DNA of 64,000 nt, from positions 3,387 to 67,386 of IMG/VR virus record IMGVR_UViG_3300036398_000516; one strand, written 5' to 3'. The stretch comes from a virus. The notes below the pieces were generated by a model. That model had not been told where the DNA came from and made no database searches. It was given only the letters and a program-made list of their open reading frames with translations. The position numbers and the translations under genes were made by a program. Shown here piece after piece: positions 47,720 through 57,062 of this stretch (position 1 is the first letter of the stretch; each line of letters opens with the position of its first letter).

Positions 47720-49000
47720 TTATTGAAACCATGAGTTAGCTTTGACTGGTTGTTTAGATTTCACAGCACTTTTACTAACCTGTCTGGCTACCTCACCAAA
47801 CAATTCATTTGACTTTTTGGTGACACCATTCTTTTGAATCGTAGAAAGTGTAGGATCTTTTTCTAAGATCTTAAGCAAAAGAGCAACTTTTACTTTTCTT
47901 TCATGATTCTCAGGACGTTTAAGTTCTAGAATAGTACGATCAAAGTCTGTTAATGTTTCACCAGAACTTGTCTTATACTTATCTGTTACTAAGAAATCTT
48001 GTAGTTCACCAGCCAGTTTTGGATTAAGAGGAATACCATCAAACTCTTTTGCTTTTAGCTTATCTTGTAAAACTTGGTTTACATTTGCAGCATATTGTTG
48101 TTTATATTGAGCTTGTTGTTGTAATTGTACTTCTTTCTCTTGTTCCATTTGTTGAAGCTTTGCAGCTTCTTTTTTTACTAAGACCTTATGATGCTTTGTA
48201 GCAACAGTTTCAAGATCTCCGTAGTTCTTAAGTCTTTCAACTTCAGATATAATATCTTCAGGATCAAATCCTTGATCTTCTAATGCTTGTCTAATTACAG
48301 AAACTTGATTTGTTTCTTGTGCAAGATCCATTTCAGCAAATGACTGAATTTGGTTATATGCACCAAAGTAATCTTTAGGATCAACTCCTTTTACAAATAT
48401 GGCATCAAATGCATTACGATAATCTTCTCCAAATTGACCTAAGAAGTTATCAACCACTTCAATTGCTCCTTTCTTTTTCTCAGCATTAAACTTTTCTAAG
48501 AATTGTTCTGGAGTTGTAATTATTTCTTCTTCGTCATCTTCTTGAGTGAATACACCCAATTTGAAAAGGTCTTTAGATAAAGATGAAAATGTTGACTCAG
48601 GAGCATCATCTCCCTCTTCATCATCATCATCTTCTTTACTATCTTGTTTACTAGTTTTTGTAACTGGTTGATTATCAGTGTCTTCTGAATCATCATCACC
48701 ATCTTCATCTTCTCCACCTAATAAGAAGTCTGTTAAAGATTTCTTTTCATCAGGTTTTTTATCAGAAGTGTCATCACTAGAATTGTCTGCATCAGGTTTT
48801 TTACCAGAATTTGCAGAAGTAGTTTTTTTCTCAGGAGCAGGAGGGGGAGTCTTATCAATATCCTGAATGTCATCAGGACTAGATGTAGCACTATCAGGGC
48901 CCATTAAATCGCTTAACAATTCAGCGTTGCCCATTCCCATTTCCATTGTATCTTGGATACTAAAGTTCCCAAAACCTGGATTATCTAGATTTTCAGCCAT
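47720..49000 (-). CDS. Scaffolding-like protein (426 aa): acidic low-complexity N-terminal half, coiled-coil C-terminal half
   Basis: A D/E-rich segment (DEDGDDDSEDTDNQ ... EDDDDEEGDD) is followed by a Q/K-rich helical region (QQMEQEKEVQLQQQAQYKQQ). It lies between the portal and capsid genes. Confidence 0.5.
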   Translation of the reverse strand: MAENLDNPGFGNFSIQDTMEMGMGNAELLSDLMGPDSATSSPDDIQDIDKTPPPAPEKKTTSANSGKKPDADNSSDDTSDKKPDEKKSLTDFLLGGEDEDGDDDSEDTDNQPVTKTSKQDSKEDDDDEEGDDAPESTFSSLSKDLFKLGVFTQEDDEEEIITTPEQFLEKFNAEKKKGAIEVVDNFLGQFGEDYRNAFDAIFVKGVDPKDYFGAYNQIQSFAEMDLAQETNQVSVIRQALEDQGFDPEDIISEVERLKNYGDLETVATKHHKVLVKKEAAKLQQMEQEKEVQLQQQAQYKQQYAANVNQVLQDKLKAKEFDGIPLNPKLAGELQDFLVTDKYKTSSGETLTDFDRTILELKRPENHERKVKVALLLKILEKDPTLSTIQKNGVTKKSNELFGEVARQVSKSAVKSKQPVKANSWFQ

Positions 49001-49120
49001 ATGTAGTTGAGTTTTAATTGGTTTTGTAATGTAAAAGTATACTATAGTAAATTAATATCAAAGAGATGAAGCTCTATATAGATCATTATTTAAGATAATA
49101 TAGCATTAATATTTTTTACT

Positions 49121-49651
49121 CTAATCTAATTTATTAATAAAGTTGTCATTTATAAGTCTAATACTTCTTATTGGAGCTAGGTCAGTGAGTGTAACTTGTT
49201 GAACTTCAACCCCCCACTTCTTAGCTTCCACCCTCACTTTCTTAGTAAGAGTGTTATCAAGTTCAGAATCTGTACACTCGTCTAATGTCATAGACATAAT
49301 GACATTTTTAATGATGGCTTGTGACATATCTGATATAGCATCTTGGGCATCCCAAACTTCTAATAAGAATATTTTAACGTCAGCTATCTTATATTTAACC
49401 AATCCTTTTACAACAATGTTTTGTTTATCTGCTGTATACAAAGATTGTGCATCAAGACTTAATGTTGTAGTGACAACATGCTGGTCAATCACCTCATCAA
49501 ACATTGGGATTTTGAAATGTATTCCAGGTTCAAGAACTTTTTTAAATTTTCCAAACCTAAGTAATACAGCTTTCTCGTAATCTCTTATTATAATTATTGG
49601 GGTTAGTTGTAACCACCAATTAGATATAATCTCAATTAATTTATCAAACAT
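49121..49651 (-). CDS. SPFH/band-7 (stomatin/prohibitin/HflK-like) domain protein (176 aa)
   Basis: The segment LLRFGKFKKVLEPGIHFKIPMFDEVIDQHVVTTTLSLDAQSLYTADKQNIVVKGLVKYKIADV matches the SPFH core rFGK...vePGlHFkiPfid.V..vd.r......T.D...v.vd..v.Y.i.D. It carries an N-terminal hydrophobic segment. Confidence 0.75.
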   Translation of the reverse strand: MFDKLIEIISNWWLQLTPIIIIRDYEKAVLLRFGKFKKVLEPGIHFKIPMFDEVIDQHVVTTTLSLDAQSLYTADKQNIVVKGLVKYKIADVKIFLLEVWDAQDAISDMSQAIIKNVIMSMTLDECTDSELDNTLTKKVRVEAKKWGVEVQQVTLTDLAPIRSIRLINDNFINKLD

Positions 49652-52233
49652 TATTTAGGTTTTTTAGCAGCTCTACCTTTAGCGTTCTCTCTAGCAACAG
49701 CTAAATCATTTGCTTGGTTTTCTCTAGCTACTTGTAATTTTTCTCTTTCTATTGCCATCTTTTCTGCGTCCTGTCTATTTTTAGTTTGAATATCAGCAAG
49801 TTTAGCTTGGTAATCTCTAGCAGCTTTTGTTTGTTCAAACTCTAACTTACTCATTTCTAATACATCAGGAATTCCATTTACATCATTGTCTGGTAATCCT
49901 CCTTTAGATTCAGCCATTATTGTAGCAATCTCAATTTTATTAATTCTATCTAATTCAGCTTGATAATCATCATGAGCTAATTTCTCAGCTTGAGCTTGTT
50001 GAGCAGCTTGTATTTGAGCGTCAGCTTGTTGTTGCTGTTGATCTAATTGTTGCTGTTGTTGCTGCATTTTTTGATCTTCTAATTGTTGTTGTCTTTCCTT
50101 AAGAGTTTTAAACACCTTCTTCATTTGACGTACAGAGTTAGTGCTGTAAAGTTCAATGATATCATGTAATGAACCACCATTCTGTAGAACAGCTTGAGAT
50201 AATCCTCTAATTTCATTAAACATTTTTTGATCTTCTGGTCTGTTAGTCAGATACACTTTTAAATCTCTAAATCTAAGATCTGTACCATTCACTTGTACAA
50301 AAGCAGATTCTCCTTCATTAGTAATATAAGAAATAGTTGATTCAGGCTTTTTAGATTCTACATATAATGAAGCATCAATGATTGCTTGATATAGCTGACC
50401 TAATACATACTCATGAGCAATGAATATAGGCTCAGTTTGAGAATAAGATTGTTGAATAGCAGTGTTGGTACCTGTAGCTGATTCACTGGCTGAAATAGAC
50501 CCCATACGCTGTCTAGACATACCTATCAATTCCCAGCACTCATTCTTTAATTGCATTGCAAGATTGTAACGAGATTGAATCTCCTGCGTACGTGTAAGGT
50601 CAATATCTCTAAATTGATTAAATGAGCTTGGACTCTTTAAGTTCTCTGGGCTATCATCAATGAACATCACACCACGGTTACGTGCTTCCATTTCCCATAC
50701 ATCAAGAGCATCTTGTGCATCTCCATCTTTAGGAATAGGAATATGTCTAATAGATGTTAAGTACACCTTACCCACTTCTTTTTCTAATAGCTTGTATAAC
50801 TGATTCATACAAACATTATAAAGAACCTGGAATGGTTTCATCATGTCTATTAGACTTCTAGCTTCTGTATTCTTCACCTCATGTACTAATCCAATAATAG
50901 GACAGTAAGGAAGTAATTTAAATGGTTTAATGTGATAGATATCTGGACCAATTTTAACACCTTGGTACCATTGGTTAATCCATCCCCATTCTAAAGATTC
51001 TTCTGTAGGAATAGTTCCTGACTTATAGTTTTCATCTACAAGCATAGATTGTTCATTACCCATTTCATCTAGATAGATGAGCTTACCAATCTTCTTCTTA
51101 GAAATCCAATATGTACGTACAACAACATACTTGTATCCAAATGAACTAACGTTAGACGTAAGACCTAAGAAGTCTTGTAAGCCATCATTGTTTTCTTTCA
51201 TTTCAGACTCAATCACCATTCTTGTTTGTAACACTAATGGATCATATGTATCATATTGTACTGAATCAATACCTGGAATAGCATTAGGATTACCCAAATT
51301 AGATTCACGTACGTTGATCAAACCGTAGTCTTGTAATGAACTACGTAAGTGATCTATCTCTTCTTTAGTGATATCAGGGAATGTTTCAATAATCTCAGAT
51401 AGTTCCATCACCATAACTGTACCAGCAGCATAAGCTCCTTGTGCACGTCCTGTAGGATCTGAAATATATTTTCTATCTGGTGTAGTTAAGAAGAATGTAT
51501 TTTTAGGGTTAGATACTTCTACATTAAATCCTACCTTTGAGTTATCTTCGTATACGTGGTAAAATTCTCTAGCTGAAATTAATAAATCTCTAAAAGCATC
51601 TTCACTCTTTTCCTTCATAACAAACTCAGCTTTCTGAGCTGTTAATACGTGACTTGCCCATTTCTCAGCAATAGATGTGTAAGAATCTAATTGATCCTTC
51701 ACTTGATCTATTGTCATCTGTTGTAACTCTTCATCAGGAATTTCTTCTCCCCTTAATGCAGCTTGTTCTTGTAATTTTGATTTAGCTTGATTAATTACAT
51801 ATTCTTGTAATATACCTGTTTTAAATTCAAGCTCTTCTGCTTTACTATCATCATCAAAAGCTTTTACTTGAAAAGCATCTGGACGTTTAGAAATCTCACC
51901 TACCAATTCATTAATAGGAGTGGTTAAAATAGAATAATGTTTTACATAGGCAGGAAGAGCAAGATCTGCTGTTAGCATATCTGTAAAACTTCTTACCTCA
52001 GGTTCTTGATAGAAATCCTCATGACGCAAAATTCCTTTTACTAAGTCATAGTTTTTAACAAATGTATCACGGTTCTTTACATACTCAGCATAAGCTTTGT
52101 TTGCAAAGTAGTCCATGGTGTTCTTTATCCAACTCTCATCCATCTTTTCCTTCTCAGTTTTAAACTGATCTGGGAAGATGTTTAAGTAGGCATACCTAAT
52201 TGTTGCGTCTTTTGTATATCTTATAATTGCCAT
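49651..52233 (-). CDS. Portal protein (860 aa) with Gln-rich coiled-coil C-terminus
   Basis: Large ORF immediately downstream of TerL with 1-nt overlaps. The C-terminus is QQQQQQLDQQQQQADAQIQAAQQAQAEKL. The call rests on position and size. Confidence 0.55.
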   Translation of the reverse strand: MAIIRYTKDATIRYAYLNIFPDQFKTEKEKMDESWIKNTMDYFANKAYAEYVKNRDTFVKNYDLVKGILRHEDFYQEPEVRSFTDMLTADLALPAYVKHYSILTTPINELVGEISKRPDAFQVKAFDDDSKAEELEFKTGILQEYVINQAKSKLQEQAALRGEEIPDEELQQMTIDQVKDQLDSYTSIAEKWASHVLTAQKAEFVMKEKSEDAFRDLLISAREFYHVYEDNSKVGFNVEVSNPKNTFFLTTPDRKYISDPTGRAQGAYAAGTVMVMELSEIIETFPDITKEEIDHLRSSLQDYGLINVRESNLGNPNAIPGIDSVQYDTYDPLVLQTRMVIESEMKENNDGLQDFLGLTSNVSSFGYKYVVVRTYWISKKKIGKLIYLDEMGNEQSMLVDENYKSGTIPTEESLEWGWINQWYQGVKIGPDIYHIKPFKLLPYCPIIGLVHEVKNTEARSLIDMMKPFQVLYNVCMNQLYKLLEKEVGKVYLTSIRHIPIPKDGDAQDALDVWEMEARNRGVMFIDDSPENLKSPSSFNQFRDIDLTRTQEIQSRYNLAMQLKNECWELIGMSRQRMGSISASESATGTNTAIQQSYSQTEPIFIAHEYVLGQLYQAIIDASLYVESKKPESTISYITNEGESAFVQVNGTDLRFRDLKVYLTNRPEDQKMFNEIRGLSQAVLQNGGSLHDIIELYSTNSVRQMKKVFKTLKERQQQLEDQKMQQQQQQLDQQQQQADAQIQAAQQAQAEKLAHDDYQAELDRINKIEIATIMAESKGGLPDNDVNGIPDVLEMSKLEFEQTKAARDYQAKLADIQTKNRQDAEKMAIEREKLQVARENQANDLAVARENAKGRAAKKPK

Positions 52234-54275
52234 TATGTAAACAATTTATTTCTTTTATATTTATTATGAGATGTGCCAAACATCCCTCCTCTTGATTCTG
52301 TAAATAATACGTTTCCTTGCTTCTTACTAAACATTGCTTTCACCCTATCATCAGAAGTTCCACCAATCTTACCCATAATAGGGTCCATCTTAAGAGCTTG
52401 TGCAATAGCTAACTCTGCAGCAATGATACGGTCAAAGTTACCTGAGTCATTGTATTGAATAATCTCTTCTAACAATACAGGATCAAATATCTTACTCACC
52501 CCTAGAACTTCTCTTATAGTATCACCAGCCTCATTTGTTTCTTTGAATATCACAGACTCCATATACTTCTTTAAGCAGGTGTGAAGATACTCAATTATTT
52601 TATCACTTGAACGATGAATTCCATAATCTCTTTTAACTGTTGTGTTTGGAACAATTTCTTTAAGCCATTCAGGTTGTCTCTCTAAATAGTGAGCATCCCC
52701 TTTAGCCTTCATATATTCTATAAATGATATATCATCATTCTCACACAGTGTTCGTGCATTATAATACTTGATAAGAAGTCTAGCTTGTTCTTCCCAAATT
52801 TCTTTCTTATCAGGTCTAGCACAATACGAAGCTACGAACATATCTTGATACTTTTCACCACTAATTTCATGCATCCTTTTATATATGAACACAGAACCAA
52901 GTGAGCTTGAATATGCAGATTTACCTTGTCTATAAGGGTCAACTCCTGCTACATACAATCCATAAGGAGGGTTTTCTACAGGAAATTCATATATAACTAT
53001 AGGAGCATCTTTTGTATCACTGTTCTTTAATGGAAAGTTAGATATAGGAAGCTTGTCCGTAAACTCATGTTCAATACCATTTTCTCCAGAGAACAATACA
53101 ACAGGAGTTCCTGTTCTTTCTTGTTGTAACAGTTTGGTTTTCTGTCTCTTAGCTGATTCAATATCAAAGATGTTGGTATCCTCATTCAGGAAGATGTCAT
53201 CCACCTCCATTGGGTAGTACATCTTTTCTTTTAAATAAGCAATCCTATCTCCAGCCTTTTTAAGTCTTTCTAGATTCTTTTCTGTAATCTCTTTAGCTCT
53301 TTCCTCATCACCCACTAACATTTCAACATTATATAAGTCTGATCCAGTAGGCTCATTTAAGAAAGCTCCTAATGTAGATTTCTCTTTAGCTTCCATTCTA
53401 TATTTAGCTGGGATGAATAAGCCATGTATACGCTTATCATCTTTTGCATTATTATATGTAAGGAAATTAAAGTTGTCTACGTCAAACATCAGGGATTTTG
53501 CATCCTGAAATTTCTTCATATCACCACCAGTGCCTGTGAGAATTGGAGAACATCCCCAACCATAGGGTGTAGTGAAACCTGGTATAGCCGCCTGTAAACC
53601 TCTAAGAAAATTTCCTTTACCAATCTCATCTATAATTAATTTACGTGGTTTTGTACCTGCAATTGCTTCTTCATTATTACCTTCATCAAGGTTACGTATC
53701 AGAATGGAAGAGAATGGGATACGTTCACCAGATTTGGTTTTAATACCTAATGTGACCTGGTTTTTCCAGTTATCCTCAATTCTCTGCCATCTCCAATACT
53801 CAGGGATAAAGTTTAATCCTTTATCTATTTTATCCGTAATAAGTTTTATATCTGGTGCATTCAAACCAGCAATAATATTCTGGGAGTTCTCATCAAATGT
53901 TGCACCCCATGCAATATAGGATGCTTCAAGAACGGATTTAGCAAAACGTCTAATACCTAGAATAACCAAGCCCTTTTTTTCCTGTTGGGCCCTATCAATT
54001 TCGTTTGTTACCAGCCATTCATTATCTCTTAAAAACGGATTAGCATATTTTTGTGCAATTCTTCCTCTTTCATCTATAACATCCACCTCAGTGTGCCATA
54101 TATTTAGGTGCCAATATAAAAAGGGGTTGATATATACACCCCCCATCATAGCACCATTCAAACATAATTCTCTATGAAAGTCAAAAAACGGTTTACATTC
54201 ATCAGAGTCCTTATCAGGAATACGTTTCTGATTTATAAACCAGTCTTTATAATCTATGTTCTGTAGTTCAATCAT
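52233..54275 (-). CDS. terL: Terminase large subunit (680 aa)
   Basis: A Walker-A-like motif LVILGIRRFAKS lies in the N-terminal half. The nuclease domain contains LYVAGVDPYRQGKSAYSSSLGSVFIYKR, matching the v.GvDpa.g..D..a..v RNase-H-like motif of TerL. It lies directly upstream of the portal. Confidence 0.75.
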   Translation of the reverse strand: MIELQNIDYKDWFINQKRIPDKDSDECKPFFDFHRELCLNGAMMGGVYINPFLYWHLNIWHTEVDVIDERGRIAQKYANPFLRDNEWLVTNEIDRAQQEKKGLVILGIRRFAKSVLEASYIAWGATFDENSQNIIAGLNAPDIKLITDKIDKGLNFIPEYWRWQRIEDNWKNQVTLGIKTKSGERIPFSSILIRNLDEGNNEEAIAGTKPRKLIIDEIGKGNFLRGLQAAIPGFTTPYGWGCSPILTGTGGDMKKFQDAKSLMFDVDNFNFLTYNNAKDDKRIHGLFIPAKYRMEAKEKSTLGAFLNEPTGSDLYNVEMLVGDEERAKEITEKNLERLKKAGDRIAYLKEKMYYPMEVDDIFLNEDTNIFDIESAKRQKTKLLQQERTGTPVVLFSGENGIEHEFTDKLPISNFPLKNSDTKDAPIVIYEFPVENPPYGLYVAGVDPYRQGKSAYSSSLGSVFIYKRMHEISGEKYQDMFVASYCARPDKKEIWEEQARLLIKYYNARTLCENDDISFIEYMKAKGDAHYLERQPEWLKEIVPNTTVKRDYGIHRSSDKIIEYLHTCLKKYMESVIFKETNEAGDTIREVLGVSKIFDPVLLEEIIQYNDSGNFDRIIAAELAIAQALKMDPIMGKIGGTSDDRVKAMFSKKQGNVLFTESRGGMFGTSHNKYKRNKLFT

Positions 54276-54607
54276 TATTTTCTATTTGCTAAGAACTCAG
54301 CAGCAGCTCCTGATAACTCACCCTTTCCTCTAACTTCCACCTTTGCTTCTTCCATGCTTCTTAGCTTATCTACCACTTCTACTAAAGCTAGGTAGTTTTT
54401 CATTGTCTCTTGTACAAATTTACCTTGAGCTTCAATACTAGCTATTACCATAGGTAACATTCCTCCTTTAGCTGTAGGTTTCCACTCAATCCTATCTTTC
54501 AATTCATGTAATGGATTTGCATCTACATATTGCTTCCATGAAACAAGTTGTGACTCAGCCCACTCAAGCTCTGTATTTATATATGTAGTTTTTTTAATAG
54601 TCGCCAT
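54275..54607 (-). CDS. Hypothetical protein (110 aa); candidate small terminase subunit by position only
   Basis: Its stop overlaps the TerL start. Size is in the TerS range. No motif support. Confidence 0.3.
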   Translation of the reverse strand: MATIKKTTYINTELEWAESQLVSWKQYVDANPLHELKDRIEWKPTAKGGMLPMVIASIEAQGKFVQETMKNYLALVEVVDKLRSMEEAKVEVRGKGELSGAAAEFLANRK

Positions 54608-54875
54608 CTTCTTCTTCTTTTAGTATATTATCAAGGTCCATGCCCTCTTTAATTATTTTTTCAAGCTCAGACTCATCTGTATGTGGAATGTCCATCTCAA
54701 TCTCTGCCTTATATTTTTGTAAAGCAAAAACTAATTCTTTGTCTGTCATCCCCCATATATCTCCATAATCACTAAGAGCTGTAGCAAGATGCCTTCCTAA
54801 ATTGTATGTAGGAAAGTCTTTATGTAGTTCTTCTAGTATATAAAGAGCCTTTTCGTAGTTGTTCTTTTTACTCAT
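54594..54875 (-). CDS. Hypothetical protein (93 aa)
   Basis: ORF in the operon with a 4-nt overlap upstream. Confidence 0.4.
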   Translation of the reverse strand: MSKKNNYEKALYILEELHKDFPTYNLGRHLATALSDYGDIWGMTDKELVFALQKYKAEIEMDIPHTDESELEKIIKEGMDLDNILKEEEDGDY

Positions 54876-55138
54876 ATTAAATCATTCAAGTCTTTATCAG
54901 ACAGTTTTTGATTCAGAAGCTCATTTATATCCATTTCTTGTAAAGTAACATTTTTAAAGTTTTCTTCAGCTCCTTCCATCATGTAATCTGTTGTGAATGA
55001 TATTGCCATTCTATCTTGATCACTGTCTGGAACACCCATAAGATCAATATAGTCCACACCTTTATTATACAATTCTACAAGAACCTCTATAAATCCATCT
55101 AAATGAATCTTTCTTATACGTATTTCTTTATTTTCCAT
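54872..55138 (-). CDS. Hypothetical protein (~88 aa from internal Met MENKEIRIRK; track ORF extends to 55237)
   Basis: The track ORF overlaps the upstream 99-aa gene by 110 nt. Starting at the ATG at 55138 reduces the overlap to 11 nt, which is more plausible. Confidence 0.4.
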   Translation of the reverse strand: MENKEIRIRKIHLDGFIEVLVELYNKGVDYIDLMGVPDSDQDRMAISFTTDYMMEGAEENFKNVTLQEMDINELLNQKLSDKDLNDLI

Positions 55139-55427
55139 GAACTTCTTTTTTGAGAGCTTCTTCCTCTTCTTGATTAGCCATAACAGCTTCCCATTTCTTA
55201 AGAGGACAGTCACATGATAAACATTTTGTTTTAGCAATTAACATACATCCACAGTCTGTGCAATGTACATCAGGTCTGACAGTTTTATGCTTTGTTGATA
55301 TGAGATCACACTCCTCACATATAGCCATTCTTTCATCACTCACTTGTTGAATGTGAGCTCTCATATTCTCAGCTGGGAAAAGGTTATTTTTCCAACCCTC
55401 GTATATCTGGGAGAAGTTAATCTTCAT
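55128..55427 (-). CDS. Cys-rich zinc-finger protein (99 aa)
   Basis: Motifs CEECD ... HCTDCGC ... CLSCDCP give eight-plus Cys in CxxC-type spacing, followed by an acidic tail. Confidence 0.5.
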   Translation of the reverse strand: MKINFSQIYEGWKNNLFPAENMRAHIQQVSDERMAICEECDLISTKHKTVRPDVHCTDCGCMLIAKTKCLSCDCPLKKWEAVMANQEEEEALKKEVHGK

Positions 55428-55770
55428 ATGTAGTTCTTGGTTTAAGTTGGTTTATCTGAACTATTGTCTTTTCTAATGTGACAATAGAAGACTTCTTCTT
55501 TTGCTCAGACGTATTAACATCATTAATAATACGTTCCATAGCTAGCTTTTTAGCATTTAGCTTCTCCACCTTCTTTTCTGCTTTCTTTCTATTAAAGAAA
55601 AGCTTTCCAAATCCAGAAATTTCTATGCTGTCATTTAAGTCCATTGCCTCATTGGCTGATTGGAACTGATGATTGACCACTGTCTCAATTGTCTTCTCTG
55701 AAACCATCATCTTAACAGCTAGTGTCCTGACTAGATAATCCTTCACTGACATTGAGATTGGCTTATCCAT
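55417..55770 (-). CDS. HU/IHF-like DNA-binding protein (117 aa), divergent beta-arm
   Basis: The N-terminal half SVKDYLVRTLAVKMMVSEKTIETVVNHQFQSANEAMDLNDSIEISGFGKLF aligns with the HU/IHF dimerisation helices and the GFG.F turn. The canonical R-x-G-R-N-P arm is absent. Confidence 0.5.
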   Translation of the reverse strand: MDKPISMSVKDYLVRTLAVKMMVSEKTIETVVNHQFQSANEAMDLNDSIEISGFGKLFFNRKKAEKKVEKLNAKKLAMERIINDVNTSEQKKKSSIVTLEKTIVQINQLKPRTTYED

Positions 55771-56125
55771 GACTTACAGTTATTTGTAAGACAATGTCTT
55801 TCTCAAAGTCTAGGATGATGACTGGGTTGACCTTTACCTTGGTACCGTCTTTGACAAATACACCAATACGTTTAAGTTTGGAGATGATGTTATTGATGGT
55901 GGGAGGCGAGCTTTTGTACTTCTCACAGAACTCTTGGCGAACATTGGCATAGGAGATGTTACCCTTGATGGCTGTGAAAGCAATCAATTGCACCTCACGT
56001 TCTGTCAATCCAAGACCATTCACAGCTGACAGTATATTGTAATACTTCTCAGCCACAGCGTAGGAATCCCCCACTGGTCTCTTCATCTTCTGAACAATTA
56101 GCTTCTTGTTGTCTGTTGGTTCCAT
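55763..56125 (-). CDS. Hypothetical protein (120 aa), first gene of the minus-strand late operon; possibly a second nucleoid-associated/DNA-binding protein
   Basis: ORF preceded by a TTG-N19-TAnnTTTG promoter candidate. No firm motif. Confidence 0.4.
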   Translation of the reverse strand: MEPTDNKKLIVQKMKRPVGDSYAVAEKYYNILSAVNGLGLTEREVQLIAFTAIKGNISYANVRQEFCEKYKSSPPTINNIISKLKRIGVFVKDGTKVKVNPVIILDFEKDIVLQITVSHG

Positions 56126-56137
56126 AATTAGTTAAAG

Positions 56138-56167
56138 CAAAGGTATGTATATTCCTTTGATTGTCAA
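56138..56167 (-). promoter_or_regulatory. Bacteroidetes-type sigmaA promoter candidate (-33 TTG / -7 TAnnTTTG) for the late operon
   Basis: Plus-strand caaaggta (56138-56145) has reverse complement TACCTTTG, which equals TAnnTTTG. Plus-strand caa (56165-56167) has reverse complement TTG, spaced 19 nt away. It lies 13-20 nt upstream of the ATG at 56125. Confidence 0.4.
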
Positions 56168-56282
56168 ATAACTATTTTAGTTATCTGGAATAGGAATGCT
56201 ATATTATGCACTATTTTTATAATCCATTATATTCTACCAATAAATTGTAGATAGTGTATAAGCTGAATAGATGTACTTAGGG

Positions 56283-56301
56283 CCCCCCCTAAATCCCCCC
56301 C
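56283..56301. repeat. Two C7 homopolymer tracts (gggccccccctaaatccccccc) in an AT-rich intergenic region
   Basis: Seen directly. They are unusual for a ~33% GC genome. Confidence 0.6.
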
Positions 56302-56576
56302 AAAGTTACGAAGACTATTTTGAAACTACCAAATTTATTTTCACCTATTATCAAAACTTGCAAAATATTATAGTTTTGATACAACAGGAGTTTATAATTT
56401 TGGTGGAACATTCCATCACTATACACCATAACATACCATAATGTGTTATAAAAGCAACATTGTTAAGCTGAGCATATCCCTTATAAGACACATTATGTAA
56501 AGCAATAGCTTGACAAAACGTAAGATGGGTAAAGCTGTAGCTTGACTTTTGGCAGAATATAGCTGTGTTATATCTT

Positions 56577-56614
56577 GCCAAACCTGGAAGTGAAACCCAG
56601 CCAAACCTGGAAGT
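56577..56614. repeat. Tandem direct repeat gccaaacctggaagt (x2, 23-bp spacing) in the divergent control region
   Basis: Copies at 56577-56591 and 56600-56614. Nearby agcttgac repeats occur twice at ~56505-56545. Confidence 0.6.
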
Positions 56615-57062
56615 CTCGTAACAAATAGTACTATAAATATGTTACGAGAATGTCACAAATATTTGAAAAAGTGTGACAACCTCTGCATGAAACTTTGGAA
56701 AAATTCATGCAAACATTTAACATGGGGCTTTTGGACATTTAACACAGGGGTGCCATAAGCCATTGGTCCTCAGATAATTATACCCAAGGTTCCATGTGGA
56801 ACATTTTACAAAATTTTTTTTCAAATTATACAAACCTATTGTGTCCATGGGAGGGTAGCCCTCACCACATCACAACCCCCTGGGCAAACTTGGAGGTTGG
56901 GGGCACTCCCCACACCTTGACATTATGTTCACAAAACCCAAATGGTGGGTTCCTTATTGCTTTGGGCCGTAAAACCAAAAAGAAGCCTAGCAAGCACAAG
57001 ACCTGAAACAAGTCTTAAAACTGTTTTTCTTTTTATTTTATTAACCTCTAAAATAATAAACA

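Noticed and set aside
56830-56960. Possible tRNA in the GC-rich island (ggttcc...ggaac, gaggg-tag-ccctc)
   Set aside because: No 7-nt T-loop with flanking 5-bp stem plus matching 7-bp acceptor pairing could be assembled by eye. The hairpins have 3-5-nt loops, so it is not called as tRNA. It is kept only as a structured island.
56351-57006. ORFs 56351-56581 (-) and 56794-57006 (+) in the divergent intergenic region
   Set aside because: Both are composition-odd (Cys/His/Pro-rich), lack flanking gene context, and overlap repeats and GC-rich hairpins. They are more likely a non-coding regulatory, origin or sRNA region.
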